Shown one piece after another: positions 22,176-32,192 of a stretch of DNA of 64,000 bases; the first letter of the stretch is position 1; the number at the start of each line of letters is the position of its first letter. Location of the stretch: assembly GCA_963794075.1 (NCBI GenBank), contig CAWCCY010000005.1, positions 11,678 to 75,677 on the forward strand, read 5' to 3'. Both the position numbers and the translations under genes were made by a program. This stretch comes from an uncultured Actinomycetota bacterium (lineage in GTDB: Bacteria; Actinomycetota; Actinomycetes; Actinomycetales; Kineosporiaceae). Below the pieces are notes generated by a model. It was given only the letters and a program-made list of their open reading frames with translations, made no database searches and had not been told where the DNA came from.

Positions 22176-25100
22176 TCAGACGAGGCAGCTCGGCCCGAGC
22201 AGGGCCTTCAGGTCGCCGAAGAGCGCCGGTGTGGGGGCGACGCGGAGCCCGTCGTCGAGACGCATCAGCGTCGTGCGCCCGCTCTGGGTGAGGCGCAGGT
22301 GCACCTCGGTGGGGCCCGGGTGGGTGGCCAGCACGTCCTTGAGGCGCTCCACGACGGGCGGCGTGCACCGCGTCACCGGCAGCGAGACCACGACAGGGCC
22401 GCGCGGCCCTTCGTCGAGGTCCGGCAGAGTGAGCTCGGCCGCGTAGATCGTGGGGACGTCGTCACGCCGGTTCACCCGCCCACGGACGACGACGACCAGG
22501 TCCTCCGCGAGGACGTGCGAGACGGTCTGGTACGCCTGCGGGAAGAACAGGACCTCGATGGCGCCGTCCAGGTCTTCGACGGTGGCGATGGCCCACGGGT
22601 TGCCGTTCTTGGTCATCTTGCGCTGCAGGCGAACTGATCATCCCCGCGATCGTGACGGTGGCGCCGTCGGGCCGGCCGTCGTCGGCCGTGAGCGCGGCGA
22701 TCGGGGTGTCGGCCGCCCGGGCGAGGATGTGCTCGACGCCGAAGAGCGGGTGGTCGCTCACGTAGAGGCCGAGCATCTCGCGCTCCGACGAGAGCAGGGT
22801 CTGCTTGTCCCACTCCCCCTCGGGTACCGGGGGCACCACGGACAGGCTGGGCCCGTCGCCGTCGAGGCCGCCGAACAGCGAGTCCTGCCCGATGGCCTCC
22901 TGGCGCTTGTCGGACGACCACGGCGTCGACGGCGCCCTCGTGCACCGCCACCAGACCGCGCCGGGTGTGCCCGAGGGAGTCGAACGCACCGGCCTTGATG
23001 AGCGACTCGATGGTCCGCTTGTTGCAGACCACGACCGGCACCTTGCGCAGGAAGTCCTCGAACGAGGCGTAGCGGCCCTTCTCTGCGCGGGCCGCCACGA
23101 TGGCGTCGACCACGTTCGCGCCGACGTTGCGGATCGCGGTGAGGCCGAAGCGGATGTCGGTGCCGATCGGGGTGAAGTTCGCCGCGGACTCGTTGACGTC
23201 GGGCGGGAGCACCTTGATGCCGAGCCGGCGGCACTCGTTCAGGTACAGCGCCGACTTGTCCTTGTCGTCCCGCACGCTCGTGAGGAGCGCCGCCATGTAC
23301 TCGGCCGGGTAGTTCGCCTTGAGATAGGCGGTCCAGTAGGAGACCAGGCCGTACGCCGCCGAGTGCGCCTTGTTGAACGCGTAGTCGGAGAACGGCACCA
23401 GGACGTCCCACAGCGCCTTGATCGACGCGGCGCTGAAACCGCGCTCCAGCATCCCCTGCTCGAACCCGACGTACTCGGCGTCGAGCACGGAGCGCTTCTT
23501 CTTGCCCATCGCCCGGCGCAGCAGGTCGGCCTTGCCGAGCGTGTACCCGGCGAGCTGCTGGGCGATGGCCATGACCTGTTCCTGGTACACGATCAGGCCG
23601 TACGTCGTACCCAGGATGGGCTTCAGCGCCTCGGCCAGGTCGGGGTGCAGGTAGGTGACCTCCTGCTGCTTGTTCTTGCGCAGGGCGTAGTTCGTGTGCG
23701 AATTGGCGCCCATCGGCCCGGGGCGGTAGAGGGCGCCGACGGCCGAGATGTCCTCGAAGTTGTCGGGCCGCATGAGCCGCAGCAGCGCCCGCATCGGGCC
23801 GCCGTCGAACTGGAAGACCCCGAGCGTGTCGCCGCGGGCGAGCAGGTCGTACGTGGCGGGGTCGGTCGGGTCCTTCGAGAGCTCGTCGAGGTCGATGTCG
23901 ACGTCGCGGTTGGCCTTCACGTTGACGAGCGCGTCGTCGAGGATCGTCAGGTTGCGCAGCCCGAGGAAGTCCATCTTGACCAGCCCGAGCGACTCGCAGG
24001 TCGGGTAGTCGAACTGCGTGATGATCTGCCCGTCCTGCTCGCGCCGCATGATCGGCACCAGGTCGATCAGCGGCTCGCTGGACATGATGACGCCGGCGGC
24101 GTGCACGCCCCACTGGCGCTTCAGGTTCTCGAGGCCGCGCGCCGTCTCGACCACACGGGCGACGTCGGGGTCCGACGCGTGCAGCTGGCGGAACTCCTCC
24201 GCCTCCTTGTAGCGGGGGTGCTCGGGATCGAAGATGCCCGACAGCGGGATGTCCTTGCCCATCACGGCCTGCGGCATGGCCTTCGTCATGCGCTCGCCGA
24301 GGGAGAACGGGTAGCCCAGCACGCGGCCGGCGTCCTTGAGGGCCTGCTTGGCCTTGATCGTGCCGTAGGTGACGATCTGCGCGACGCGGTCGTCGCCGTA
24401 CCGCTCGGTGACGTAGCGGATCACCTCGCCCCGCCGGCGCTCGTCGAAGTCGACGTCGAAGTCGGGCATGGACATGCGCTCGGGATTGAGGAAGCGCTCG
24501 AAGATCAGGCCGTGCTGGAGGGGGTCGAGGTCGGTGATCCGCATCGCGTAGGCGCACATCGAACCGGCACCCGAGCCACGGCCGGGCCCGACCCGGATGC
24601 CGTGCTCCTTGGCCCAGTTGATGAAGTCGGCGACCACCAGGAAGTAGCCCGCGTAGCCCTTGGACGTGATGACCTCGAGCTCGTACGCCGCCTGCTTGCG
24701 CACCGCGTCGGGGACGCCCTGGGGGTAGCGGCGATGGAGGCCTGCCTCGACCTCCTTGACGAACCAGGACTCCTCGTTCTCACCGGGGGGGCAGGGGAAG
24801 CGGGGCATGTACTGCCCCTCCCCCTCGGTGAACGTGACGTCGCAGCGTTCGGCGATGAGGAGGGTGTTGTCGCACGCCTCGGGGAGCTCGCGCCAGAGGT
24901 GGCGCATCTCCTGCGGGCTCTTGAGGTAGAACTCGTCGGCGTCGAACTTGAAGCGTTTCGGGGTCGGCGAGCGTCGACCCGGACTGCACGCACAGCAGGA
25001 CGGCGTGGGCCTGCGCGTCCTCCGCCCGGGTGTAGTGCAGGTCGTTCGTCGCGACGAGCGGCAGGCCGAGGTCGCGTGCCAGGCGCAGCAGATCCTGCTG

Positions 25101-26888
25101 GACGCGGCGCTCGATGCCGAGGCCGTGGTCCATGAGCTCGCAGAAGAAGTTCTCTGCGCCGAAGAGGTCGCGGAAGTCGGCGGCCGCCTCGCGAGCGGCG
25201 TCGTACTGGCCCAGGCGCAGCTTGGTCTGGACCTCCCCCGAGGGGCAGCCTGTCGTCGCGATCAGCCCCTCGCCGTAGGTCGCGAGCAGCTCACGGTCCA
25301 TCCGGGGCTTGTAGAAGTGGCCCTCGAGGCTGGCGAGCGAGGCCATCCGGAAGAGGTTGTGCATCCCGCCGGTCGTCCGGGCGAGCAGGGTCATGTGGGT
25401 GTAGGCGCCCGTGCCCGAGACGTCGTCCTCGCCGCCCTCGCCCCACCGCACCCGGGTGCGGTCGCGCCGGGCCGTGCCCGGCGTGATGTAGGCCTCGCAG
25501 TTGTGGAGGACGAAATCCGAGACGTAGGAGTTGTCCTCCTCGACCTCGAAGTTGAAGACCTCTGTGGCAAGGCGCTGACTGCGCACGGAGGCAATCGGGC
25601 GGTAAATGTAGTCGTCGTCCTCGATCGTCCGAGAGTACGAGCGACCGGGGTTCACGGAAAGGATGAAGTATTCCCGCTGCCCGGAACTCCGACCGCCAGG
25701 CAGCTTCGACTCGGCCGTTCCATGAGAGACAGCGCTCCATTGACCGAGGTCAGCGAGCAGGGTACGCATGCCCCACGCAAGGTTCTTCGACGCGACCTTG
25801 AGGTCTCGGCGCCCGCGCACGTTGCTTTCACGAAGAGGGTTCTTGCCGTCGCCGTCCAGAACGCCGTCGACGAAGCCTCGGCGAGCTTCGTGACTACCGA
25901 CGACCACCTGTGGTGGTACGCGTTTGGCGTGAGCACCCTCGCCGCACAACGCAGCGAACACGTGAGCAAGGGGAACACTGCACCCGTAGACATGGACGCC
26001 ACCACGCTCTGGACGCACGTGGACCGCGACTGTCACTCCCCACTCGGACACGATGTCCCGGAGTCGTTCTACGATCCAATGCTCATCCATACCCAGATGG
26101 AAGCCGAAGGTTCCGGTGAGCTGCCCGCCGACTCGGCCGACCGTGCCCTCTGCGCAGAAGAGTCCAAGAAGCCAGCCCGTCTCGTAATCAAGTGAAAGCT
26201 GCGCGGGAAACTGTTCCCACTGCTCGTTCGCGCGATACTTGGATTCGTAGCGACGAGCAACACCTACTGTCCCGTCGTCGCCAGGAGTAGAAAATGCACT
26301 GGGGACGAGGCTGACGACGTCTATAGAGTCGACCTCCTCGCTGAGCTTCGGCAGGCATGCGTAAGAGTTCCACTGGCGCACTCCGCCCTTGACGCCGGGT
26401 CTACCGGCGACCACGTCGCCGGGCTTGGACCAGTCGACCAACCCGTCTCGGCGCCGCACGAGGATCGGATGCTCCTCGGTAAGAGTCAGCGTTCGCGGAT
26501 GACGCCCTGCAAGTTGCACGTCGTACGCAACGCCTTCATATGGCCGGCGCATCGTGCGAAGGACGCGCCGGAAACGGCCTCGATGCGTCAGCACCAGGTC
26601 ACCGACCTCGATCTGCTCGACGGGGACAACCCCGTCTGCGGTGACGATCTCCTGACCTGCCAGGAGACAGCCGATGATCGGCTTGACGCCGTGCTTCTTC
26701 GCCTTCTGCCAGAACTCGTAGGCGCCGAACACGTAGCCGTGGTCGGTCGTCGCCACCGCGGGCATCCCCATCCGCGCGGCCTCGGCGAAGAGGTCGTCGA
26801 TCTTGGCGGCACCGTCGAGCATCGAGTACTCGGTGTGCACATGGAGGTGCACGAACGAGTCGCTGCTCGCGGACGGGCCGGTCGACAC
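22176..26888 (-). pseudogene. dnaE: DNA polymerase III alpha subunit DnaE1, intein-containing; three +1 frame breaks as sequenced
   Basis: Four colinear pieces. ORF 24780..27278 runs from GGAGG-N6-GTG 26888: VSTGPSASSDSFVHLHVHTEYSMLDG... intein ...[16 protein letters not shown] 22613..24907: ([17 protein letters not shown])[13 protein letters not shown]...[11 protein letters not shown]... ORF 22462..22989: [15 protein letters not shown]...[15 protein letters not shown] 22176..22616: (LQRK)[18 protein letters not shown]...LLGPSCLV. Breaks near 24959, 22912-22918 and 22618. Confidence 0.9.
25500..26669 (-). mobile_element. class-1 intein with LAGLIDADG homing endonuclease (390 aa) in the DnaE1 PHP domain
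   Basis: Junctions are ...GVKPIIG|CLLAGQEIVTADG... and ...SYVSDFVLHN|CEAYITPG... Block B is LTLTEEHPILV. LAGLIDADG motifs are GWLLGLFCAEGTV and RRGFVDGVLDGDGK. Locally lower GC than the flanks. Confidence 0.85.
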
Positions 26889-27337
26889 GGGGCGCCTCCA
26901 GGGGCATGGGCACCGGGCGCAGGCAGGAGAGCACGACGGGTCTCGTCGTGTCACCCGCGGGCGCGGGGCGGTACGGATCGCGCGCGCTGCCGGGGGAAGC
27001 CCGACGAGATGACACCGGAGACCGGCCCCTCGCCGAGCGGCTGCGCTCACGGCCCAGTCTAGGCAGCGGGCCCGACAGACGAGGCCGCGACCGAGGCGTC
27101 GCTGGAAGGCCCGGCGTGTCGTCGGGCGGCGGGTGCGGACGCCGGGGGGCAGGGATGGGCGCAGCGTCACCGGCCGCGGCCGGGAGTGACCGCCGAGCGG
27201 CCCGGCCGCGTCGCCGGCCGAAGGGTGATGTGTGGTCCACCCACGCGCCGCCGTCGTGTCGCCCGGGCTCGCTAGCATCGGCTGCAGGGGCGGTGGACGC
27301 AGCGGGCGGCCGCCGGGTCGGTGCGAGGGAGTCAGCG

Positions 27338-28498
27338 ATGGGCCTGATGGACAAGCTGCGCGGTGAGTTCGTCGACATCGTCGAATGGCTCGACGACACC
27401 AGGGACACCATCGTCTGGCGCTTCCCCCGGTACGACAACGAGATCAAGATGGGCGCGAAGCTCGTCGTCCGCGAGTCCCAGGTCGCGGTGTTCGTGAACG
27501 AGGGCCAGGTGGCCGACGCGTTCACTCCGGGCACCTACACGCTCGAGACCCAGAACCTGCCGATCCTGTCGACGCTCAAGGGCTGGAAGTACGGCTTCAA
27601 CTCCCCGTGGAAGGCCGAGGTCTACTTCGTCAGCACCCGGCTCTTCACCGACATGAAGTGGGGGACGCAGAACCCCGTCATCGTCCGCGACCCCGAGTTC
27701 GGGATGGTCCGGCTGCGGGCGTTCGGCGCGTACGCGGCACGCGTGATCGACGCGACGAAGCTGCTGCGCGAGCTCGTCGGCACCGACCCGCAGTTCCGCA
27801 CCGAGGAGGTGCAGGAGTACCTGCGGCAGATGATCGTCAGCCGGCTCGGCAGCGCGCTCGCCTCGGCCGGCATCCCGATGCTCGACCTCGCGGCGCAGCA
27901 GCAGACCATCGGCAGCACGATCGGCGCCGTCCTGTCCGAAGACCTGGCCAACGTGGGCCTGACGATCCCGACCTTCATCATCGAGAACATCTCGGTGCCG
28001 CCGGAGGTCGAGGCGGCGCTCGACAAGCGCACCCAGATGGGGATTCTCGGCGACCTGAACCGGTACACCCAGTTCCAGGCGGCGAACGCCGTCGAGGCGG
28101 CGGCGAACAACCCGGGCGGGGCGGGCGAGGGCGTCGGCCTGGGCATGGGCCTGGCCGTGGGCCAGCAGATGGCACAGGCCCTGGGCCGCCAGGACCAGCC
28201 GGCCCAGCAGACCGGCCAGCAGACCGGCCAGCAGACCGGCCAGCAGACGGGGCCGCCGGCAGCGCAGCAGCCGGGGCCCCCGCCGTTGCCGCAGCAGGCC
28301 CAGTGGTACGTGGGGGTCGGCGGTCAGCAGCAGGGCCCGTACGACGCCGCCGCGCTCGCGGGGCAGGCGCAGGCGGGTGCGCTCACCGGCGCCACGCTCG
28401 TGTGGCGCAGCGGGATGCCCGCGTGGACCCCCGCCCAGGACGTGCCCGAGGTCGCCGCGGTCCTCGGCGCCGTGCCGCCGCCGCTCCCCCCGCACTGA
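27338..28498 (+). CDS. SPFH/band-7 domain protein with Q-rich linker and C-terminal GYF_2-like domain
   Basis: ORF 26906..28498 trimmed to ATG 27338 (gagggag RBS). MGLMDKLRGEFVDIVEWLDDTRDTIVWRFPRYDNEIKMGAKLVVRESQVAVFV..., (QQTG)4, and C-terminal WYVGVGGQQQGPYDAAALAGQAQAGALTGATLVWRSGMPAWTPAQDVPEV. Confidence 0.85.
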   Translation: MGLMDKLRGEFVDIVEWLDDTRDTIVWRFPRYDNEIKMGAKLVVRESQVAVFVNEGQVADAFTPGTYTLETQNLPILSTLKGWKYGFNSPWKAEVYFVSTRLFTDMKWGTQNPVIVRDPEFGMVRLRAFGAYAARVIDATKLLRELVGTDPQFRTEEVQEYLRQMIVSRLGSALASAGIPMLDLAAQQQTIGSTIGAVLSEDLANVGLTIPTFIIENISVPPEVEAALDKRTQMGILGDLNRYTQFQAANAVEAAANNPGGAGEGVGLGMGLAVGQQMAQALGRQDQPAQQTGQQTGQQTGQQTGPPAAQQPGPPPLPQQAQWYVGVGGQQQGPYDAAALAGQAQAGALTGATLVWRSGMPAWTPAQDVPEVAAVLGAVPPPLPPH

Positions 28499-28589
28499 GC
28501 ACGTCCCGCCGAGCCACGGCGCACCGAGCGCCCCACCTCAGGCCGCCCCCCGCACCGACCGGCGGCCCTGCTCCGAGGAGTCTCACGTC

Positions 28590-29732
28590 ATGACCGAGCC
28601 GGTTGCCGGGGCCCCCGGCCCCACCCCGGACGCCGCGGGCGCCGCGGTCCCCGCCGCGCGCCCGGGCAGCATGACGTTCCCCTGCTCCCAGTGCGGCGCC
28701 CGGTTGGAGTTCGCGCCCGGCACGTCGTCGCTGCGCTGCCCGTACTGCGGGCACCTCCAGGACGTGCCGGCGGCGACCGCCGTCATCGAGGAGCACTCCT
28801 TCGACGCCTGGGCGGCGCTGCCGCCGAAGCCCCGTGCGCCCGCGGGCGCCTACCGGCTCACCTGCCACCGCTGCGGTGCTCAGACCGACAGCGACAACCT
28901 CTCCGACAGCTGCCCCTTCTGCGGGGCGCCGATCGTCGCCGAGACGGCGGGCGGCGACCAGATCGCCCCCGAGGCGGTGGTTCCGTTCGGGATCGACCCG
29001 CGCGCCGCCCAGGACTCCGTGCGCGGCTGGGTCCGCTCGCGGTGGTTCGCCCCGAACAAGCTCAAGAAGGTGGGGGCCACCGAGCAGCTCCACGGCACCT
29101 ACCTGCCGCACTGGACGTACGACGCCGCCACGGCGACCGACTACGCGGGGATGCGGGGCGAGCACTACTGGGAGACCGAGACCTACAGCGAGAACGGCGA
29201 GACGAAGACCCGCGAGGTCATGCGCACCGCCTGGTACGGCGCCTCCGGGCACGTCGAGCGCGCCTTCGACGACGTCCTCGTGCCCGGCTCGACACGGCTG
29301 TCGCCCGAGCGCGTCCAGCAGCTCGCGCCGTGGCCGCTGGAGCGCGCCGTCTCCTACCAGCCCGACTACTTGTCGGGGTACCAGACGCTGCGCTACGACG
29401 TCGAGCCCGACCAGGGGCTGGCCGCCGCGAAGCAGCAGATGGAGCAGGTCATCGAGGGCGACTGCCGCGACGACATCGGCGGCGACGAGCAGCGCGTGAA
29501 CTCGATGGACGTCCGCTACGCCGAGATCATGTTCAAGCTCGTGCTGCTCCCCGTCTGGATCGCCGCCTACCTCTACGCCGGCCGGACCTACCAGGTCTTC
29601 GTCAACGCCCACACCGGGCAGGTCGTCGGCGAGCGCCCGTACAGCATCCCGAAGATCGTCTCCGCGGCGCTGGCGGTGACGGTCGTGGTCGTCGCGGCGC
29701 TCGTCCTGTACGCGAGGTCCCGCCAGAGCTGA
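28590..29732 (+). CDS. double zinc-ribbon protein with C-terminal TM anchor
   Basis: ORF 28377..29732 trimmed to ATG 28590 (gaggag RBS). CSQCGARLEF...CPYCG and CHRCGAQTD...CPFCG. C-terminal helix IPKIVSAALAVTVVVVAALVLYA. Confidence 0.7.
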   Translation: MTEPVAGAPGPTPDAAGAAVPAARPGSMTFPCSQCGARLEFAPGTSSLRCPYCGHLQDVPAATAVIEEHSFDAWAALPPKPRAPAGAYRLTCHRCGAQTDSDNLSDSCPFCGAPIVAETAGGDQIAPEAVVPFGIDPRAAQDSVRGWVRSRWFAPNKLKKVGATEQLHGTYLPHWTYDAATATDYAGMRGEHYWETETYSENGETKTREVMRTAWYGASGHVERAFDDVLVPGSTRLSPERVQQLAPWPLERAVSYQPDYLSGYQTLRYDVEPDQGLAAAKQQMEQVIEGDCRDDIGGDEQRVNSMDVRYAEIMFKLVLLPVWIAAYLYAGRTYQVFVNAHTGQVVGERPYSIPKIVSAALAVTVVVVAALVLYARSRQS

Positions 29733-29793
29733 CCGCTCCCGCTCCTGCCGGAGCCGCCGCTCCCACGTCCGCCGGAGCCGGCGGCTGCGAGGC

Positions 29794-30720
29794 TCAGCTC
29801 GCCGCGAGCCGTTCGAGCGCCGTCGCCAGGTCCTGCGGGTACGAGCTCGTGAACTCGATCCACTGGTCGGTACCCGGGTGTGTGAACCCCAGCCGGACGG
29901 CGTGCAACCACTGCCGCGAGAGGCCGAGCTGCTCGGCGAGACGGGGGTCGGCGCCGTAGGTGAGGTCCCCCACGCAGGGGTGGCGCAGCGCCGCGAAGTG
30001 CACGCGGATCTGGTGGGTCCTGCCGGTCTCGAGGTGGATCTCGGTGAGGCACGCCGCGCGGAACGCCTCGAGCACCTCGTAGTGGGTCACGCTGGGCTTG
30101 CCCTCCGCCACGACCGCCCACTTGTAGTCGGCTGTGGGATGCCGCCCGATGGGGGCGTCGATGGTGCCGACGAGAGGGTCGGGGTGGCCCTGCACGAGGG
30201 CGTGGTAGGTCTTGTCGACGGTGCGCTCGCGGAAGGCCTGCTTGAGCCTGCTGTAGGCGTACTCGCTCTTCGCCACCACCATGAGCCCGCTGGTGCCCAC
30301 GTCGAGCCGATGGACGACGCCCTGCCGCTCGGCCGCTCCCGACGTGGCGATCCGGTAGCCCGCGGCGGCCAGCCCGCCGACCACGGTCGGGCCGGTCCAC
30401 CCGGGGCTGGGGTGGGCGGCGACCCCGACGGGCTTGTCGACGACGACGAGGTCGTCGTCGTCGTGCACGACGAGCAGCCCCGGAACGGGTTCGGGCGGGG
30501 CTGCGGGGACGGCGTCCGCGGGGTCGGGGAGGTCGACCTCGAGCCAGCTGCCGGGGCGCAGCCGCTCGCTCTTGGCGACCTCGCGGCCGTCGATCCGGAC
30601 GCGCCCGGCGTCGGCGAGCTCGACCACCGCCGAGCGGGACAGTCCGAGGAGGCGGGCGAGCGCGGCGTCGAGGCGCTCCCCCACGAGGCCGTCGGGCACC
30701 GGCAGCGAACGGGAGGTCAC
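29794..30720 (-). CDS. RluA/RluD-family pseudouridine synthase
   Basis: ORF 29794..30720. S4-like N-terminus ([17 protein letters not shown]), catalytic [21 protein letters not shown]. Confidence 0.9.
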   Translation of the reverse strand: MTSRSLPVPDGLVGERLDAALARLLGLSRSAVVELADAGRVRIDGREVAKSERLRPGSWLEVDLPDPADAVPAAPPEPVPGLLVVHDDDDLVVVDKPVGVAAHPSPGWTGPTVVGGLAAAGYRIATSGAAERQGVVHRLDVGTSGLMVVAKSEYAYSRLKQAFRERTVDKTYHALVQGHPDPLVGTIDAPIGRHPTADYKWAVVAEGKPSVTHYEVLEAFRAACLTEIHLETGRTHQIRVHFAALRHPCVGDLTYGADPRLAEQLGLSRQWLHAVRLGFTHPGTDQWIEFTSSYPQDLATALERLAAS

Positions 30721-31445
30721 TGGTGCCCCCGCGGTGCCTCGGCCTCGGAAGGGTCGGCGCCGGAGGTGCAGGCCTCCGCACTACCGGTGTCGGAGGTGCC
30801 GGCCTCCAAGGTGCCGGCGTCCGAGGTGCCGGCCTCCGAGGTGCCGGCCTCCGAGGTGCCGGCGTCCGAGGTGCCGGCGCCCGAAGTGCCGGCGTCCGAA
30901 GTGCCGGCGTCCGAAGTGGCGGCGTCCGGCGGTGTGGTCCCGTCGAACCGCACGCCCCGCCAGGCGAGCAGCCCCAGCAGGGCGGCCGCCGTGGTGATCG
31001 CGGCGTCGGCGACGTTGAAGACGAACAGCCGGGGCAGGTCGATGAAGTCGACGACGTGCCCCTGCGCGAAGGCCGGCTCCCGGAACAGGCGGTCGAGCAG
31101 GTTGCCCACCGCACCGCCGAGCAGGAGCCCCAGCGCGAGGGCCCACCAGGCGCTCCCGAGGCGCCGGGACAGGCGCACGATCGCGACGCTGGCCGCGGTC
31201 GCGACCAGGGTGAAGATCCAGGTCGTGCCGGTGGCGAACGAGAACGCCGCGCCCGGGTTGCGGAACAACCGGAGCTGCACGGCCTGGCCGAGCACGTCGA
31301 CCGTGCTGCCGTCGGCGAGGCTCCTGACCGCCCACGCCTTGGTCAGCTGGTCGAGGACGACCACGACCACGGCCGTGGCCAGGAGACCCACGACGAGGGC
31401 GGTGCGGCGTGAGGGTTGGGCACGCCCGGCGGGGGTCTCGTCCAT
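30717..31445 (-). CDS. lspA: lipoprotein signal peptidase II with repeat-containing C-terminal tail
   Basis: ORF 30717..32132 trimmed to ATG 31445. [45 protein letters not shown]. Tail is (D/E)AGTS x about 8. GTGA overlap with the downstream gene. Confidence 0.9.
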   Translation of the reverse strand: MDETPAGRAQPSRRTALVVGLLATAVVVVVLDQLTKAWAVRSLADGSTVDVLGQAVQLRLFRNPGAAFSFATGTTWIFTLVATAASVAIVRLSRRLGSAWWALALGLLLGGAVGNLLDRLFREPAFAQGHVVDFIDLPRLFVFNVADAAITTAAALLGLLAWRGVRFDGTTPPDAATSDAGTSDAGTSGAGTSDAGTSEAGTSEAGTSDAGTLEAGTSDTGSAEACTSGADPSEAEAPRGHQ

Positions 31446-31507
31446 GGTGGTCCCAGGGTCCCATGCCTGGGCGGGCGGTCCTGCCGGGGCGGCGGGTCTC
31501 GCCGGCG

Positions 31508-31948
31508 TCAGCGGCGTTCCTGGCGCTGCTTGCAGGTCACGCAGAACGTGGCGCGGGGGAAGGCCTGCAGCCGGGCCTTGCCGATCGGGCCCCCGCAGTT
31601 CTCGCAGGTGCCGTAGGTGCCGGCATCGATGCGCTCGAGCGCGCGCCGGGTCTGGAACAGCATGTCGCGCGCATTGGCGAGCAGGGTCATCTCCTGGTCG
31701 CGCTCGAAGGCTTTCGCGCCGGTGTCGGCCTGGTCGTCGCCCGCCCCGTCGCCGCCGTCCCGCAGCACGTCGGACAGCGCCGACCCGAGCGACTCGACCT
31801 CGCCCTCGATCCTGCTGAGCTCCGCGTCGAGGACGGCTCGCTGTTCCGCGAGCTCCTCGTCCGTCCAGGGAGCCTCCCCCGGAGCGACCGCCATCGAGCT
31901 CGCGTCGAGCGCGACCGGTGCGTTCGCTGCAGCCTTGCGGTCTGCCAT
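31508..31948 (-). CDS. TraR/DksA-family zinc-finger regulator
   Basis: ORF 31508..31948. Coiled-coil N-terminal part and C-terminal CENCGGPIGKARLQAFPRATFCVTC. Confidence 0.8.
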   Translation of the reverse strand: MADRKAAANAPVALDASSMAVAPGEAPWTDEELAEQRAVLDAELSRIEGEVESLGSALSDVLRDGGDGAGDDQADTGAKAFERDQEMTLLANARDMLFQTRRALERIDAGTYGTCENCGGPIGKARLQAFPRATFCVTCKQRQERR

Positions 31949-32192
31949 TGGTCCTCCCCCACCTGCACGAGGCAGGTATCGACGGTCCCGGAAGGATAGG
32001 GCGTCGCAGCCTGCTCCTCAACGCACCACCCCTCGCCGCGAGGCCGCCTGCGCGCCCCAACCGCACCGGACGCAGGGGCGGGCGAGAAACGCGGCAGCGG
32101 CCCCCGGTGCCCCGCTCGTGCGCGGGAACCACCAGGAGCCGCCGTTCGCCGATCTCGTGACCTCGGGCTGCCGGCGCGACGCCGGCGGGGCG

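Noticed and set aside
26906-27337. Long N-terminal extension of the SPFH gene (530-aa ORF), and a similar extension of the zinc-ribbon gene from 28377
   Set aside because: The extensions are R/G/A-rich with poor codon usage. Internal ATGs at 27338 and 28590 have good RBS (gagggag, gaggag) and give family-typical N-termini.
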